Assembly: GCA_964019425.1 (NCBI GenBank) | Contig: OZ025796.1 | Coordinates: 496,001 to 560,000, forward strand | Length of the DNA stretch: 64,000 nt | DNA from: Flectonema sp. DT1601 | Taxonomy: Eukaryota | Reading direction: 5' to 3' | Part shown: piece after piece, positions 22,992 to 35,618 of the stretch | How positions within the stretch are numbered: the stretch's first letter is position 1 | Layout of the letters: every line of letters begins with the position of its first letter | Position numbers and translations under genes: made by a program | The notes under the pieces: generated by a model | Told to the model about the DNA's origin: nothing | What the model saw: the letters and a program-made list of their open reading frames with translations, nothing else | Databases searched by the model: none

Positions 22992-23782
22992 TTCCGGTAC
23001 CTATCCCCCCTCCTTCTACAACGTCTTTTGGTCAATAAGACGGAAAAAAAAAAAACATATATTTCCCTTTTTCTTTTTTCTAAACGTACCTTTTCTTTGC
23101 TTAACAAACTATAAATATGTTTTTTCTTTTTTTTTTTCCCCCCCCAAAGTCAAAGCGTTTTTGATATTAATTTTTGTATTAATAAAAGTTGTCAAAAGGG
23201 ATTCGCTCTCTCCTTTTTTTTTTTTTTTTTTTTTTCTCTCCATAGTTTTTACACCTACTGTTGGTCTAAAGTAAATTTATAGTTCGATCACATGAAATGT
23301 TTTTTTTGGTGTGCATACGAAGAACAGTTTAGCAATTTTTTTTTTTTTTTTTTTTTTTTTGCATTCATCCTCTCTGCATCCACTGACTGAGCATAGAAGC
23401 TGCTGCTGGCAGTCGATTTCATATTATGAAACTTATCTCCAAGTTTTTCCCAAAAAAATTGTGAAAAAAAAAAAGAAAAAAAAAAAAAAAGTATTTTTAT
23501 TCAATACACGTGACAGCATTTCCATGTTTTGTCATTTATACAAAATCTTTATCTAATTAGTTGTCTCTGTATGTGTTGAGTTTTTATTATTATTCTCTCC
23601 CTACAGCCTGAGGAGGATTTACAGCAAGCGGTTGTTCAATTTTACGTTTGTTGTGCTTTTGTGTTGTGTTAATTAATTTATTGTCTCCCCCTCCCCACTT
23701 CAGGATCATTGCGAGGATAGAGATACAACTACATTTCTACTAATTCTTTTAAAACAAACCAAAACCAAAACTTTTGAAAAAA

Positions 23783-24886
23783 ATGACAGTTGTTCCTACA
23801 ATGACATTCACTGAGTCCCCGATCATGACGGCGTTTTCGCCTCCAATGATGGGGACGACGAACAGGCAAGTTTATGAACTGCCACAACAGGCGATTGGAG
23901 GTGTTCCAGGATTAACCGTTGACTCAGCGTTATTGACTGGAGGATTGGGAGTATTAGATGGAGCAAGCAATGGTTCTCAAGGATACACAAGTTATTACAC
24001 TGGTCCTCCACAGGTTCCATCTCCATTAGGAAGTCCTGGTGTTCCATTTACAAGACTCAGATCAATGAGTTGCGCAAGTCAACAATCAGATGTATCATCG
24101 AACCCTGTTTCATTCCGTCACAATCCATACGGTGATGAAGAAGCGTGGAATAACAGAACTCCATCACCACCTTTGGGTGTTGCTCCAGTCAGCCCTGCCA
24201 GTTTCCCTTCATTCCCGTCACTGGAATCTGGTGCTAATCTTGAGTACTCATACCCAACAATGCCTTCAATCCAAACTGGTGAAATCCGACCAATTGAAAT
24301 TGAAACTAACAGCTCTGATGAAAACGCTCCAATGAAACCTATTAAGGAACACAAGGCTCCGAAGCCAAAGGAGGGAAAGAAAGCTGTCAGTGCAATGCTT
24401 GTTAAGTTTAAACACGGCAGAGAAGGTGAATACTACAGTGATACTCCAAGAGTTCCGGGTACTCACGTAGTTATTGAGGGTCAGAGAGGACAAGATTTAG
24501 GTATTGTTGCTGGTTGCCACACAGTTGATAACAAACCTCGTGCTGAGCGTCGTCGGAGAAGAGTTAGACGTGACGCAAGTGATGAAGAAATTCACGCTTG
24601 GGGGACTACCCTTCTCGCTGAAGAAGAGGCTGCTCTCAGTTTGATGAAGCAGCAGGCCATCAAGCATAAGATTCCAATTGTTGTTCACCGCGCGGAGTTT
24701 CAGTTTGACCGTAAGAAGTTGACCTTTCACTACACCACTAAAATCGCAAAGCCTGACTTCAGATCAATCCTTCACGATGGATTCCGTCAGTTCAAGTGCC
24801 GCATTTGGATGAACAACTGCGACCCTCGTTCAAGCGAACCGGGTGACAAGATTAACCTCAACTCATCTCTTCTCCCTTCACTGTAG
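23783..24886 (+). CDS. PSP1 C-terminal domain protein, 367 aa (family of kinetoplastid cell-cycle mRNA regulators)
   Basis: First ATG at 23783 (the ORF track starts at a TTG). GTHVVIEGQRGQDLGIV and AEFQFDRKKLTFHY...PDFRSILHDGFRQFKCRIWM match PSP1-C. The low-complexity N-terminal half contains FRHNPY. Confidence 0.85.
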   Translation: MTVVPTMTFTESPIMTAFSPPMMGTTNRQVYELPQQAIGGVPGLTVDSALLTGGLGVLDGASNGSQGYTSYYTGPPQVPSPLGSPGVPFTRLRSMSCASQQSDVSSNPVSFRHNPYGDEEAWNNRTPSPPLGVAPVSPASFPSFPSLESGANLEYSYPTMPSIQTGEIRPIEIETNSSDENAPMKPIKEHKAPKPKEGKKAVSAMLVKFKHGREGEYYSDTPRVPGTHVVIEGQRGQDLGIVAGCHTVDNKPRAERRRRRVRRDASDEEIHAWGTTLLAEEEAALSLMKQQAIKHKIPIVVHRAEFQFDRKKLTFHYTTKIAKPDFRSILHDGFRQFKCRIWMNNCDPRSSEPGDKINLNSSLLPSL

Positions 24887-27800
24887 TATGTCTTATTTCT
24901 TACAATATCACTGGCTTGGTTCGGGTGAGTGCATACACCAGGAAAAAAAAAAAAAACAGGCTTTTCTTCGATAAGAAAAGTATCAAATAATGCCGGCTTT
25001 AAGATTTTCGTTGTCTTAGTTATTCTCTTGTTTCTTTCGCCTTACAATATTTTTGGTTCCCGCCACTTTTTTTTTTTTTTTTTTTGTTGCACAAGCTTGT
25101 TTGCCAAAACACCACCCGACTCTGCAGTGCTCCCTCTTCTGCAGATTTCTTTTTACCTCTCCTGCTGGGTGGTATAGTCCGTTAACGAGAGCAGAGCGAG
25201 AGTTATCCTTTTGCTTTGTTCGAGTGCAGGTTAAAGCTGTTCTGCTTGGCCTTTTTCTTTTTTGTCTTTGTGTACAGTGACTTGACATAATAGTTGAAGT
25301 GTGGACGCTAATGCCCCGTCGCTTTTGGACTTCCTGTTCACTTTAACCAAAAACGATTTTACCCAGTGGGAGCCAATGGAACATCTTTCATTCCCATCCC
25401 CCCCCCCCTTTTTTTTTTTGGTGAATTGTTTAATAAAAGAAAGATGACAGACACCCTCAAACCTGCCTCCCTTGTGATGTTAGGCTGAACAGTCTTTTCG
25501 TATTTTTTTTTTTTTTTTTTTTTGTTTTTCATTTCACGTTAATGAGACCCTGATAGTACCCCTCCCTTCCATCTGGAAGGAGTATGAAAAAGAAAAAAAA
25601 AGAGCAAAAAAAAAAAAGAATGGGAAAAAAAAAGAAAAAAAAAAAAAAAAAAAAAAGAGGAGGGGGCAATGAACAAGGTGGTTGTCCCTCTGTAAAGTAA
25701 AGAGCACCTTTCCCCCTCTTGTTTATCTATGATTCAACCAACAGGACTTCTTCAAAAAAAAAAAAAAGATTAAAAAATAATTATCAACCGACCCTTATAA
25801 TAAACATTAATAATATTTCTATTTTTGGGTGGTAGAAATTGCTCCGGAAGTTTGGTTCTGCGTCCCCCAAGTTGTGTTATTTTGTACTGAAAAAAGCGAG
25901 GCTTAAATAGCAGGTTCCCCCAAACACGGACATTTTCTACATGTGGGAAAAAAAAAAAAATCTAAAATAGAAAATAGAAAAATAAGCAATAAAAAAGAAA
26001 CTCTGCTATAGGCGTTTAAGAATGTTTAATCGTGTTTTACGTTGTGCTTCAAGAAGAGAACTGGTGACTGCCTTAATTCTTTTTTCAAGCGTAACCCCCA
26101 CCACCAGGTTTCCTAGTTGCGTGTATATTTACTTACGGACACGCATTGATGCTTTTTTCTCTTAGTCTCTCTCACCAGTTTAATAATGTTTTTTTTTTTT
26201 TTTTTTTAGGAAACGTGTAAATAAAACATTCTTGCCGACCGTAGTTTTGCCCATAATTTTTTCATTCCTTTTTTTTTTTTTTTTTTTTTTTTCTCTATTT
26301 TTTTGTTATACCGGGATATTTTTTTTGTATGAGGTAAAAAGAATGTTAGTCAGCGTATGTAATACTGGCTAACTCTCACAGTCTGACCGAGTCTGACCGG
26401 ATTGCGGTATCCAATCAGCTGGCAGAAAAAAACCGGTGTTTTCCAAATTACGTAATATTTTTTTTTTTTCGTGGGTATTTACTACGAGGGGAAAATTATT
26501 ATTTGCTTTTTTTTTATTTTTTTTTCTTTCCGTTCCTTTTTTTTTGTTATTTGTTGTTTTTTTTTTTTTTTTTGAAAAAAAAAAGGTTTTTCCTCTCAAT
26601 TTTTTACTAAAATTACCAAATATTGAAGCTGATAGTAGCAAGAAATGAAAAAAAAAAAAAAAAGAAAAAAAAAGTTTTTACATCCTTCACGTGAGTACCA
26701 CACATGCGAAGCATTCTAACAAGTGACAAACCTCTAGATTCGTGCTGAATCATGAATTATTTTTGGGAGGTACCTTTGAGAAAATATTGATACTGACAGT
26801 TTTTTCCCTTGACCCACTTTTTCCCTCTTTTTTTTGTGTGAAAAATTCCACAGCCCTCCCCCCTTTCCACATTCATAACATTTCTTGTTGGTTTACTTAT
26901 TCGGTGTCGACCGAAAAGCAGTTTAAGCACGTTGTTTACCCTTTTCACCAGGGTGTGGTGGTGCAGGCCGTTTTCCCCCCTTTTTTAAGAATTAAAAAAA
27001 AAAAAGAAAAACGGATATCTTGATTTCATCATTCCCCCCTCTCGCCTTATGTTCGTTCACTTTTTCGACTGATCCGCCAATTATTAATTTCCTATTTGTG
27101 TATTGTCAGAACTTTTTTTTCATTTCCCCTTTCAAAATGCAAAAAAAAAAAAAAAAAAAAAAAAAGAAAATATAAATAAATTCCCTTCAAAATGTTGCGA
27201 ATCCAACTTTCTATGTAATGTAGTTAATTTTTTTACTTTAAAGCGTAGGGTTCTTTTATTTCTTTTTTTTTAAATTTATTCAGTAGCACAAAAGGTTAAG
27301 AGATCAGTCCTTTTTTTTTATTAGCCTGTTCCCTTTTTTTTTTTTTTTTTGCACAGAGTGCGATGAAATTTACCGCACAAATTTTTGTATATCGAATGGT
27401 GGATTATCCTGTAGCCATCTCCCATTATTTCTTTTTTTTTTTTAATCACACAAAACGGGTTCACTAAAGGACTTGTAGCGTGTGTGGGTGATAACCCCCC
27501 CCCTCAGCGTGCTGTTAAATATTATTATTATTTTTTCTTATATATATATAAATTTTTACTGGAAGGGGAAGAGAAGATGATTTAGCTGAAAGGGGAATAA
27601 AGAGAAAATTACTGGTTCTCTCCGTGGTATTGTTGTTTCAGTGGTAAGCCATGGTTGAATGAGTGCCCTTTTTTTACTTTTCTAAATCTGCATGATTCTT
27701 TATTACACTTAAAATACAAAAAAAGGGTAGGTAGATGACTTAGTGAAGCTTCTTCAGTTTCTTTAAAAAAAAAAAAAAAAAAAAAATGACGACGGTAGCC

Positions 27801-29565
27801 TCTACTCCTTTCTCCGATCCTTGCTTTTTTTTTTCTTCTCTTCTTCTTCATCTTCTTCTCGTTAATTTCTGTAATTTGAGTCAGGTGGTTCTCCTCGCGT
27901 TCTTTTCTTGCTCTTGATCTTGTCAGACGGGGATATGTTCTCCGGTACCGATACAGCTTGGAAACCCTGTATTCCTCTCTTCTCCCTCACTTTTCCCCTA
28001 CAAATTCAGCATTTTGAGACTAGCGCAAAGTATTGAATGAAAAATAACATTTTTTTTTTATACTGTTTTATCGGTGTGGTTCTTGTTGAACGACTTAAAT
28101 CATTATAGGGGGGAGGGGGTTTCTTTTTTTTCCCCCCCTTTGTTTTTAATATCCCCCTTTCTGTTGCTGAAGACATATGTTAATTATAATACCGTGAGGT
28201 TTCAAAAAAAAAAAAAAAATGATGATCTCACCACCTACTCGAGTGCTGATAAAAAAGTCTGTAGCAATCTACTAGACAGCGATGTTGACCGAACCGAGTA
28301 AGGTGACGTGAGATTCCTAACCTGGGGTAATTACGATTTATTATTCTGAGCTGGATGCAGATACGTGTTTTTATGTCATCCGTGTACAGAGACTTCTCCC
28401 TTTCCTCCCACAATTCACGTGGACGGAATCCACCGTTAATTATAACTGTTGTTCTTCGTTTCTTTTATTTATTTTATTTTTTTCGGAAGTTGTCTTTTCT
28501 TACCTGCAACAACACATCGAACTGCCTAGTTTCAGTTCGAAAGTGGTGTGTCTGTGTGGAAAGATCTTTTTTTTGTCCTATTTATTAATTCCTTTTTTTA
28601 TTAACTCGTTGCCCTCCAGTACTCCCTTGGAAGTGGTACAAGCCCACGCTTTCGTGTGGAAGGGGAAAAAGGAGAAGTCGAGACTGATTAGTCTCGTTGT
28701 TGTTCTGGTGTTTGTATTTAAAACCCAACCCCCCATACGTCAAGCGCTACCAAGATGATTGGACACATCAGACTTGGTGCTGTAGCCCAGGACGGCTTGA
28801 CTTTTTGTTCTCTGTCAATTCAAAAAAAAAAAACAAAAAAAAACAAAAAAAAATTTTTTTTGGAAATCCGTTGTTGCTCAACCCACCGCTTTGGATCTTT
28901 TTCAGTTTGTAAGAAAAAAAAAAAAAAAAAGAAAACAATCTTCCTTTGTTATCCTCGTTCAATGTTTTAGCCAAAGCTTGTTGGGCTTGATAGGAAGGGG
29001 TGTGGAAATCTGTTTTTTCTGCACAGTTACTTCTTTTTTAAATAAAACAAGTTACGTAAGAAAAAAAATAAGGTGTTCTATTTTTCGCCGGTCGGTGAGC
29101 TATTATCTGCCGCTGTTCTTTTCGTTTGTGCACCGAAACCAGATCTTTTCGTAATATTTTCTTGAAATTTATTTATAATTTCGTATGCCTTATGGAGCTT
29201 TATTCTCTTTTTCCCCTGCCCACTTTTTTTTCCTTTTTTTCCTTCCTTTTTTTGTGGTGCAAAACTTTTTGCTGATTCTTTAGCTAGTACTAGCGTGGGG
29301 AAAGGGGTATCCGGGTAACAGTACGGGATTTGCATACGAAGGTTACGCGTTTCCCAAGAGGCACAACTGAAGAGACCCCTTTCCTCTGCGCGTCTTTCCT
29401 TATCCAGAATGTTAATGGAAGGGGATGCTACGTTCCCCTCTATTTTTGTAATAATTTAAAACAATTCCCCGATAATGAAATTGGAAGATCTTGGAAACAC
29501 TAACAAACAATATTAGCCAGCCAAAATACTGCACTTGGAAAAGAAAAAAAAGAATGCCAGAAAAA

Positions 29566-29597
<32 letters not shown>

Positions 29598-31752
29598 AAG
29601 AAAGCAATAATTACTACAGTGGTAACAATAATCTTCTGAATTACTCGTTCAGTTCTGGCTCATAAGGGAAGCTTTCAGCTACCCGACACGTCAGGGCTTT
29701 TCTTCTTTTGGTGCAAACTGCGCCTGACAAGAAGCTTTTCGATGAGAAATACCCGCATGCATTACAACAACAAGGAGTAGCTGTATAGAAGTTATGTTAA
29801 GTTCAGCAAGTAGATTTCTGTATTGATACTGAATCTATTTTAACCTTTTTTTTTTTTTTTTCTTCTGGTAGTTAGCACTCGTGACCTTTTTATTGGTGCA
29901 CAATGAGTCATTTTGACTCCATTTATCTTATTCTTAATAGTTATGTTTTTGTTGGTTACCACATAGTACATTTGATCTTCTTGTTGCCTGAAGTTTTTGT
30001 TCTTCTTAGCAAAAATGTGTATGTATCCTTTTGTGTCTATATTGTATTATATCCCTGTTTTTTGTTTTATATGCACTGGCAGACCAAGAAGACACCCCAA
30101 AAAAAAAAAAAAAAAAAAAAAAGTAAGAAGTCCGTGTTCATAGGAACCGGTTAAGGAACGAAATAAAACTAATTTTGTTTGTTAACGACTTTTTGATATG
30201 GGTTGAAGTGGGAGAGTAATCTAAGGCAGCAACATATTCTGCCTATTCTCTCACGAGGGGTTTTCTTTTTGCGACACGATATAACAACTCACAGTGAGCG
30301 TCGTCTCTGGTCACAGTGGTAGAACCATCTGCTTGCACCATTTTTGCACACCCACACAAAAAAATAATCCGTTTCTCTCTTCTTATGAAGTCAGAAGGCG
30401 ACTAAACGTTATAGTCACTCCCCCAATGTAATAATTTGGAGAGTAAAGACGATAGTTGGCTTCTAATGCCACTATTCAAACAGCACCTTTCCGGGTTTTT
30501 TTTCGTTTCGGTGATGTACGCAGTTAAATCGTCGCTGACAGCAGCAAGAAACTTAGACAGTGATTGAGTAGCCTTGACTTTATTTCTTTTTCTTTTTACA
30601 TTAAATCTGTCTATCTGCCTCCGAGCGTGAAGGCTCCGCTGTGAGAAAAAAAAAAAAAAAAAGGGGTTATCTGTAAAGCGTGGTTGAGAGGGCTCTGTTG
30701 GCGCGCCCGGAACCAAATCGTCTGGTTGCATTAAAAGGTAGAGCTCTGCATAGATGGTGCTAGTCACTTTAACCTTTTTTTTTTTTTTTTTTTTTGAATT
30801 ATTATTTTTTTAACTTACAGAAACCATGAAAACGTTATATTAGATAGCTCCGCGGTGGAACTCATTTCATAAAAAAAAAAAAAAAAAAAATTGATCACTC
30901 AAAGTCACGGCTGTTGGGTAAGTCTCTTTTTTGAAGATATTTTTACTTGTTAAGTGGGGGCGGCAATTGTCAACGTCCCTGGTTTGAAAAAAAAAAAAGA
31001 AAAAAAGGAGAAAAGTTTTTTTTTGCTAGGACCAATGCGTCCGCGAAGGTATTGCGTTGGTTATTTATTTATTTTTTTTTTTTTTTGAACTCCTGTTCGG
31101 GTACTATACGGAGTTACAGGAATACATTTTTTTTTTAGCCCCTCATTCTATTATCAATTTACCCCCAACCTGTTGAAGTTTTTTTTTTTATAGTCCCCCA
31201 AAAAAAAACACATCAAAAATTCTCTTATTACGGAAAGGTCATTTCTTCGCTTATTATTTCGATTTGTTATTATCTCCGCTCAGACTTTAATACGACTTTT
31301 TTCCCTCTGACTCCACACTGTTGAAGTTCAGAAGTAGCAGTGATGACGATCAGGTGAAGTCACTGTAATTGGTAATTTAGTTGTATTCTTGGTGAACGTT
31401 TTTCAGCAAAGGAGATAAAAAAAAAAAAAAAAAAAAAAAAAAACCGGAATACCCTTCCCTTCGTTGTTCCCACTGTTTTTGAGCATATTTATGTCTTTAA
31501 AATACGTTAAAACGATTTTCCCCTTCAGACAAGTTTTTATATATGTAAATACTCATGAGTTATGAATGACTGTTACGGTAACATTTGCAAGAGGTCGCAC
31601 GATCTCCAGCGGTATTTCTTTTTGCAATCATTTACTACGCTGCTGCTGACGGTTCTTTTAGTTTTTCTTTCAGTGTTTTAAACCTCAAAAAAAAACAAGG
31701 TATCATTTTATCCCCTCAGAATCTATTCGGAGTTTTCTTTATTTTTATTCAC

Positions 31753-31789
<37 letters not shown>

Positions 31790-33124
31790 CATTATGTCCC
31801 TCTTGTTGTTGAGAGGGAAACAAACTTATATTCACATTCAACACAGCACCCATACACATAGCAGCTTTATTTCCCTCCGAAATCCTCCCCCCCTTTTTGA
31901 AAGCAGTTTTTTTTTTAAGTGTCCCAAACTTTCTATGCATGCACTTCTTCGTTTTTTGATCTCTTTTCTCAGTTGTGTATTTTTGAAAGCAAATATTTGT
32001 TTATTCTCGGTAGGTTAGAGAGCCCCCAACACTCTGTTGTCGAATGTCTTCGTTTTATTTCGTTTTGATGCTCGACTGTGTGGAAGTTTTGAAAAAAAAA
32101 AAAAATAAACGACTTTTTCTCTGTGGGGTAAACTAAACATTGCCTTTTTTGGCTAGCACATCCGCTATATCGAGGTTTCAATAATACACAAAAATCTAAA
32201 CCCTAGGCTCTCTAGCTATCCATTGCGAGGTATCTTTGTGCACATCAAACGCGGTCATTACTCTTTGCGTTTGTTTCTGTGTAGATTAAAGAAAATTTCC
32301 CCCCCATTTTTTTTTTTTTTTTTTTTTTTTTGGCTCTGTCGCGCACTCTCGGTTTAAGTGAAAATCTGAAAACGGTTCTGTCGGAAAGGAGAAAAACTTT
32401 TCGATCCCATCTCTGTGGCATGCGAGAGGAATCTCTGTATTCGACACATTCTCCAACAAGGAGAGCTGTCGCGACAATTATAAAAAAAAAAAAACAAAAA
32501 ACAAAAAAGTTCTCTCTCTTTCCCTCTTCTTTTCTCCTCCAATCCCTCTTTTTTTTTTTTTTTTTAATTTCTAGTGGGTCACAAATTATTTATTCTTGAA
32601 TGAGTTAGTAGCGAATTGCTAATAAAAATAACTATGCGAGTCAGCTGTTTGCTAATGTATTTATTTGGGAAAAAAAAAAAAAAAAAAAAGAAACATCTTC
32701 CCCAGCAAGGCTTCTTGGTGCATATAAACACCTACTTTGCTGCGGTGGAAGTATTTTATTACACGCAGTCTTGTACTAATAATAACCGCATGAAGGAAAA
32801 AAAAAGTAGTCGATTTAAAGTAAAAATTTAAAAAAAAAAAAAAAAAAGAAGAAAAAAAAATGCTGAAAGTATCAAAGTGGTGAGAAAAGAAGAAAAAAAA
32901 AAAAAAAAAAGAAAAAAATTAAAATAAAATAAAAAAGAAAAGGGAACCAAATTTAGTCAACAAATATCTTTCTTGAATCCTCTCCAGGCAAACTGTTCTG
33001 CTTTGCTTTCTTGTTGAAGTGTAGATTTTTATATATTTTTTTTTAACTTGACAGAAAGCTACTACAAAGAAATCGAAAAAAAAAAGGAATTTAAAAAAAA
33101 TATAATAATAATAATAATAATAAT

Positions 33125-33879
33125 ATGGGTCGCAAACCACTGCAACATTTCATAATGCAGCATCTCATGTTCGATGACACTCCTGGTTGGATTGCCTTGA
33201 TAGTTGGAATGACTATACTACTCTACGTATTCAGACCTAGACAGGGACAAGGCGGCGGAAACCAACTAGCCAGAGGACCTAATCAGACAAATAGAACACA
33301 AAAACCAACAAGTTACGAAGGATGGTCGGTATGATATTTAATTTGTTTCACTCTGTTGCTCTATTTTAATAATAAATAACTTCAATCAGATGTTAATCTG
33401 TCTGGACACTCTGAGAGATCAAAGCAGTCCTTCTTTTAGATTTACTGACGAGTCGGTTACTCTTCTCCTGAGTCTGGCGAAAAGCTGCGATTTGCACCTC
33501 GTCCGTTTGGTATGTGTTTTTGATGAAAAGTATTTTTTTTTTTTTTTTTTTTTGCATCGAGGTAAACCAAAAAAAACAGGTAAACAATGAGAACGAAGAA
33601 AAAGAAACAAAAGAAGCACTACGCCTTGCTGGTGTGTTTGAAGCAGGAATGAAACAACATTGTACCCTGTTTTGTGAAACTCTAATTGGTAAGCAAGCAA
33701 TTGCCAGACAGTTGAACCCATCAATTTATATTGAGGGAATACAAGATGTCGTGGAGTATATTTCTCCTCACCTCCCACATGTAGGATTTATAACTGAGAG
33801 TTCCCCTCGCTGTAGTATTCGTCCGAATACTATTATTGCCGCTACTGTTTCTGAGTACCTCGCTCGGTTAATTGAATAG
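33125..33879 (+). CDS. PEX22: Peroxin PEX22-like membrane anchor of PEX4, ~207 aa
   Basis: Exons 33125-33328, 33390-33509 and 33580-33879 (introns 33329-33389 and 33510-33579). An N-terminal TM (WIALIVGMTILLYVF) is followed by LLSLAKSCDLHLV...ALRLAGVF...LFCETLIGKQAIARQLNPSIYIE, matching the plant-type PEX22 pattern LFCST.GR.SFVRQLEP..HID. Confidence 0.75.
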
Positions 33880-35264
33880 AGTCTTCTGTTTAAAGATTGT
33901 TTAGTATACGTACGTCGTGTGCCGTCTAAACTCTTTTATAGTTTAAGTCTGTGCAGTTATATAACACAATTATACAGTCAATAGTATTCTCTTGCCACAC
34001 TGAGCCCTGTTGTTAGCCAGACTGTGATAAAGTACCCGATGAGGTGTCAAAACTAACAGCAATTAATGACTCACGGGATCGAAGACGATGCTGTCTCAAA
34101 ATGATGAGAGTTACTATTCTTATAATGATCAGTTTTGCAAAACAGTTTTACATTACAGTGAAACCTGTCTTCTCAACTCTGAATTATGTATATTTTTTTT
34201 AAAATTTTCGTTTTGAAAATCCCTTTAGGCTGAGTGACACCAAACGAGAGTCTTGTTAGCGCTATCCTAACTAATGGAGGGGGTTGACAATTCTCTTTTT
34301 CACACAACTTTCTGAAGTGTTTGGGATCTTTATTATTTAACGAGAGCAAAAAGCTTCGAAATTCAGGTTGGTTACAAGCAAGCAGAACTGAATACCAATT
34401 CCAGAAACTAGGTAGAGTCTATATCTTGTTGTTATTGTTGAGTAGGAGGAGGACTACTGAATTGCTGTTGTTTAGTATCGCTGATGAAATTAGCAGTTTT
34501 TTTGGGGTTCTTTCTCAGATTGGATTGGAGCGAAAATAGAACGAAATGAGTTTTGGATTATTTTGGAAAGGGGGGGAAAAAAAAAATTACGTTTGAATAA
34601 GTTACGTTGCGGCTTCCTAATAGTCTTCCCGTGTAAAAAAGGGTTACCGTCAGTTGTAAGGATTTGTTACTTATCTCTTTGCAGGCAGCACCTCTCTCAC
34701 CGTTATAAATGCTTCTCGTATTACTTTATCCTTGAGTATTTTTAATTATTTTGTTGTTTTTTTCTTCTTTTCTTCAAACTTTCACTTATTCTCGTTTAGA
34801 AAATTAAATTAAGACATGTACCGCAGACAGGGTTCAGAAACATTGATTCTAATATTGAGAGATATTTAAAGTTCACTCATAGTAATGTCCAAACAGTTAA
34901 CCTTTCTGTGGTAAGAGAGTGAGCTACTAGTAATATAATAATGTTTTTTTTTTGTTTTTTTTAAAAAAACATCTCTACACCTATTTAGTTACTTCAAAAA
35001 AAAAACAAAGCATATTTTGACGGAATACTCTCGAAACCTAAATAGTTACTTCAAAAGGCTAACATACAAAACAGTTATTATTTTATAAATTCAGACATTC
35101 AACCCCCCCTGTAAGGATCTCACAATTCACCTCATCTTCTCCCTCTATGCTCTCTCTCTTTCATAAAACTTTCCCACGGAAGGAATTCGAATTCTTCATA
35201 TGTGATATTCCTACACAGCTATTACACATATCAGATGCGCTTGAAATAGAACTCATTTGATTTG

Positions 35265-35618
35265 ATGGCTTCCTCGGCTTCACTCCCAGCTGGTTCAGAG
35301 AGTGGAGAGAAGGCAGGTATTCATGCTTTTGTATCGGGTAAAGTACAGGGGGTTGAGTATCGCGGTCACTGTAGAGAAAAAATAAGAGAATTGGGTTTGA
35401 AGGGAGCGGCCATCAACATACCAAACGGAATGGTCGAAGTTAAAGCAACAGGCGACCCAAAGAGATTACAGCATCTCTGTAAATGGTTACCAGTTGGATC
35501 TCCTGTTTCACGAGTCACAGATGTTAGTGTTACTAGTCATTATTGTGTTAAAGGTTTTGATAAACATGCGGACTGTCACATTGGAAAGTTAGGCGTGAAT
35601 GGTAAACATAAAACATAA
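35265..35618 (+). CDS. Acylphosphatase, ~117 aa
   Basis: VSGKVQGVEYR phosphate-binding loop, ELGLKGAAINIPNGMVEV with the catalytic Asn, and GSPVSRV. ATG at 35265. Confidence 0.85.
   Translation: MASSASLPAGSESGEKAGIHAFVSGKVQGVEYRGHCREKIRELGLKGAAINIPNGMVEVKATGDPKRLQHLCKWLPVGSPVSRVTDVSVTSHYCVKGFDKHADCHIGKLGVNGKHKT

Noticed and set aside
24929..33140. Short poly-Lys/poly-Phe ORFs in intergenic DNA
   Set aside because: They are translations of poly(A)/poly(T) tracts, mostly with non-ATG starts.
34101..34182. Possible C/D snoRNA (ATGATGA...CTGA, 82 nt)
   Set aside because: There is no real terminal stem. The only rRNA-like antisense stretch (AACCTGTCT) is 9 nt and not adjacent to the D box, which is too weak without a search.
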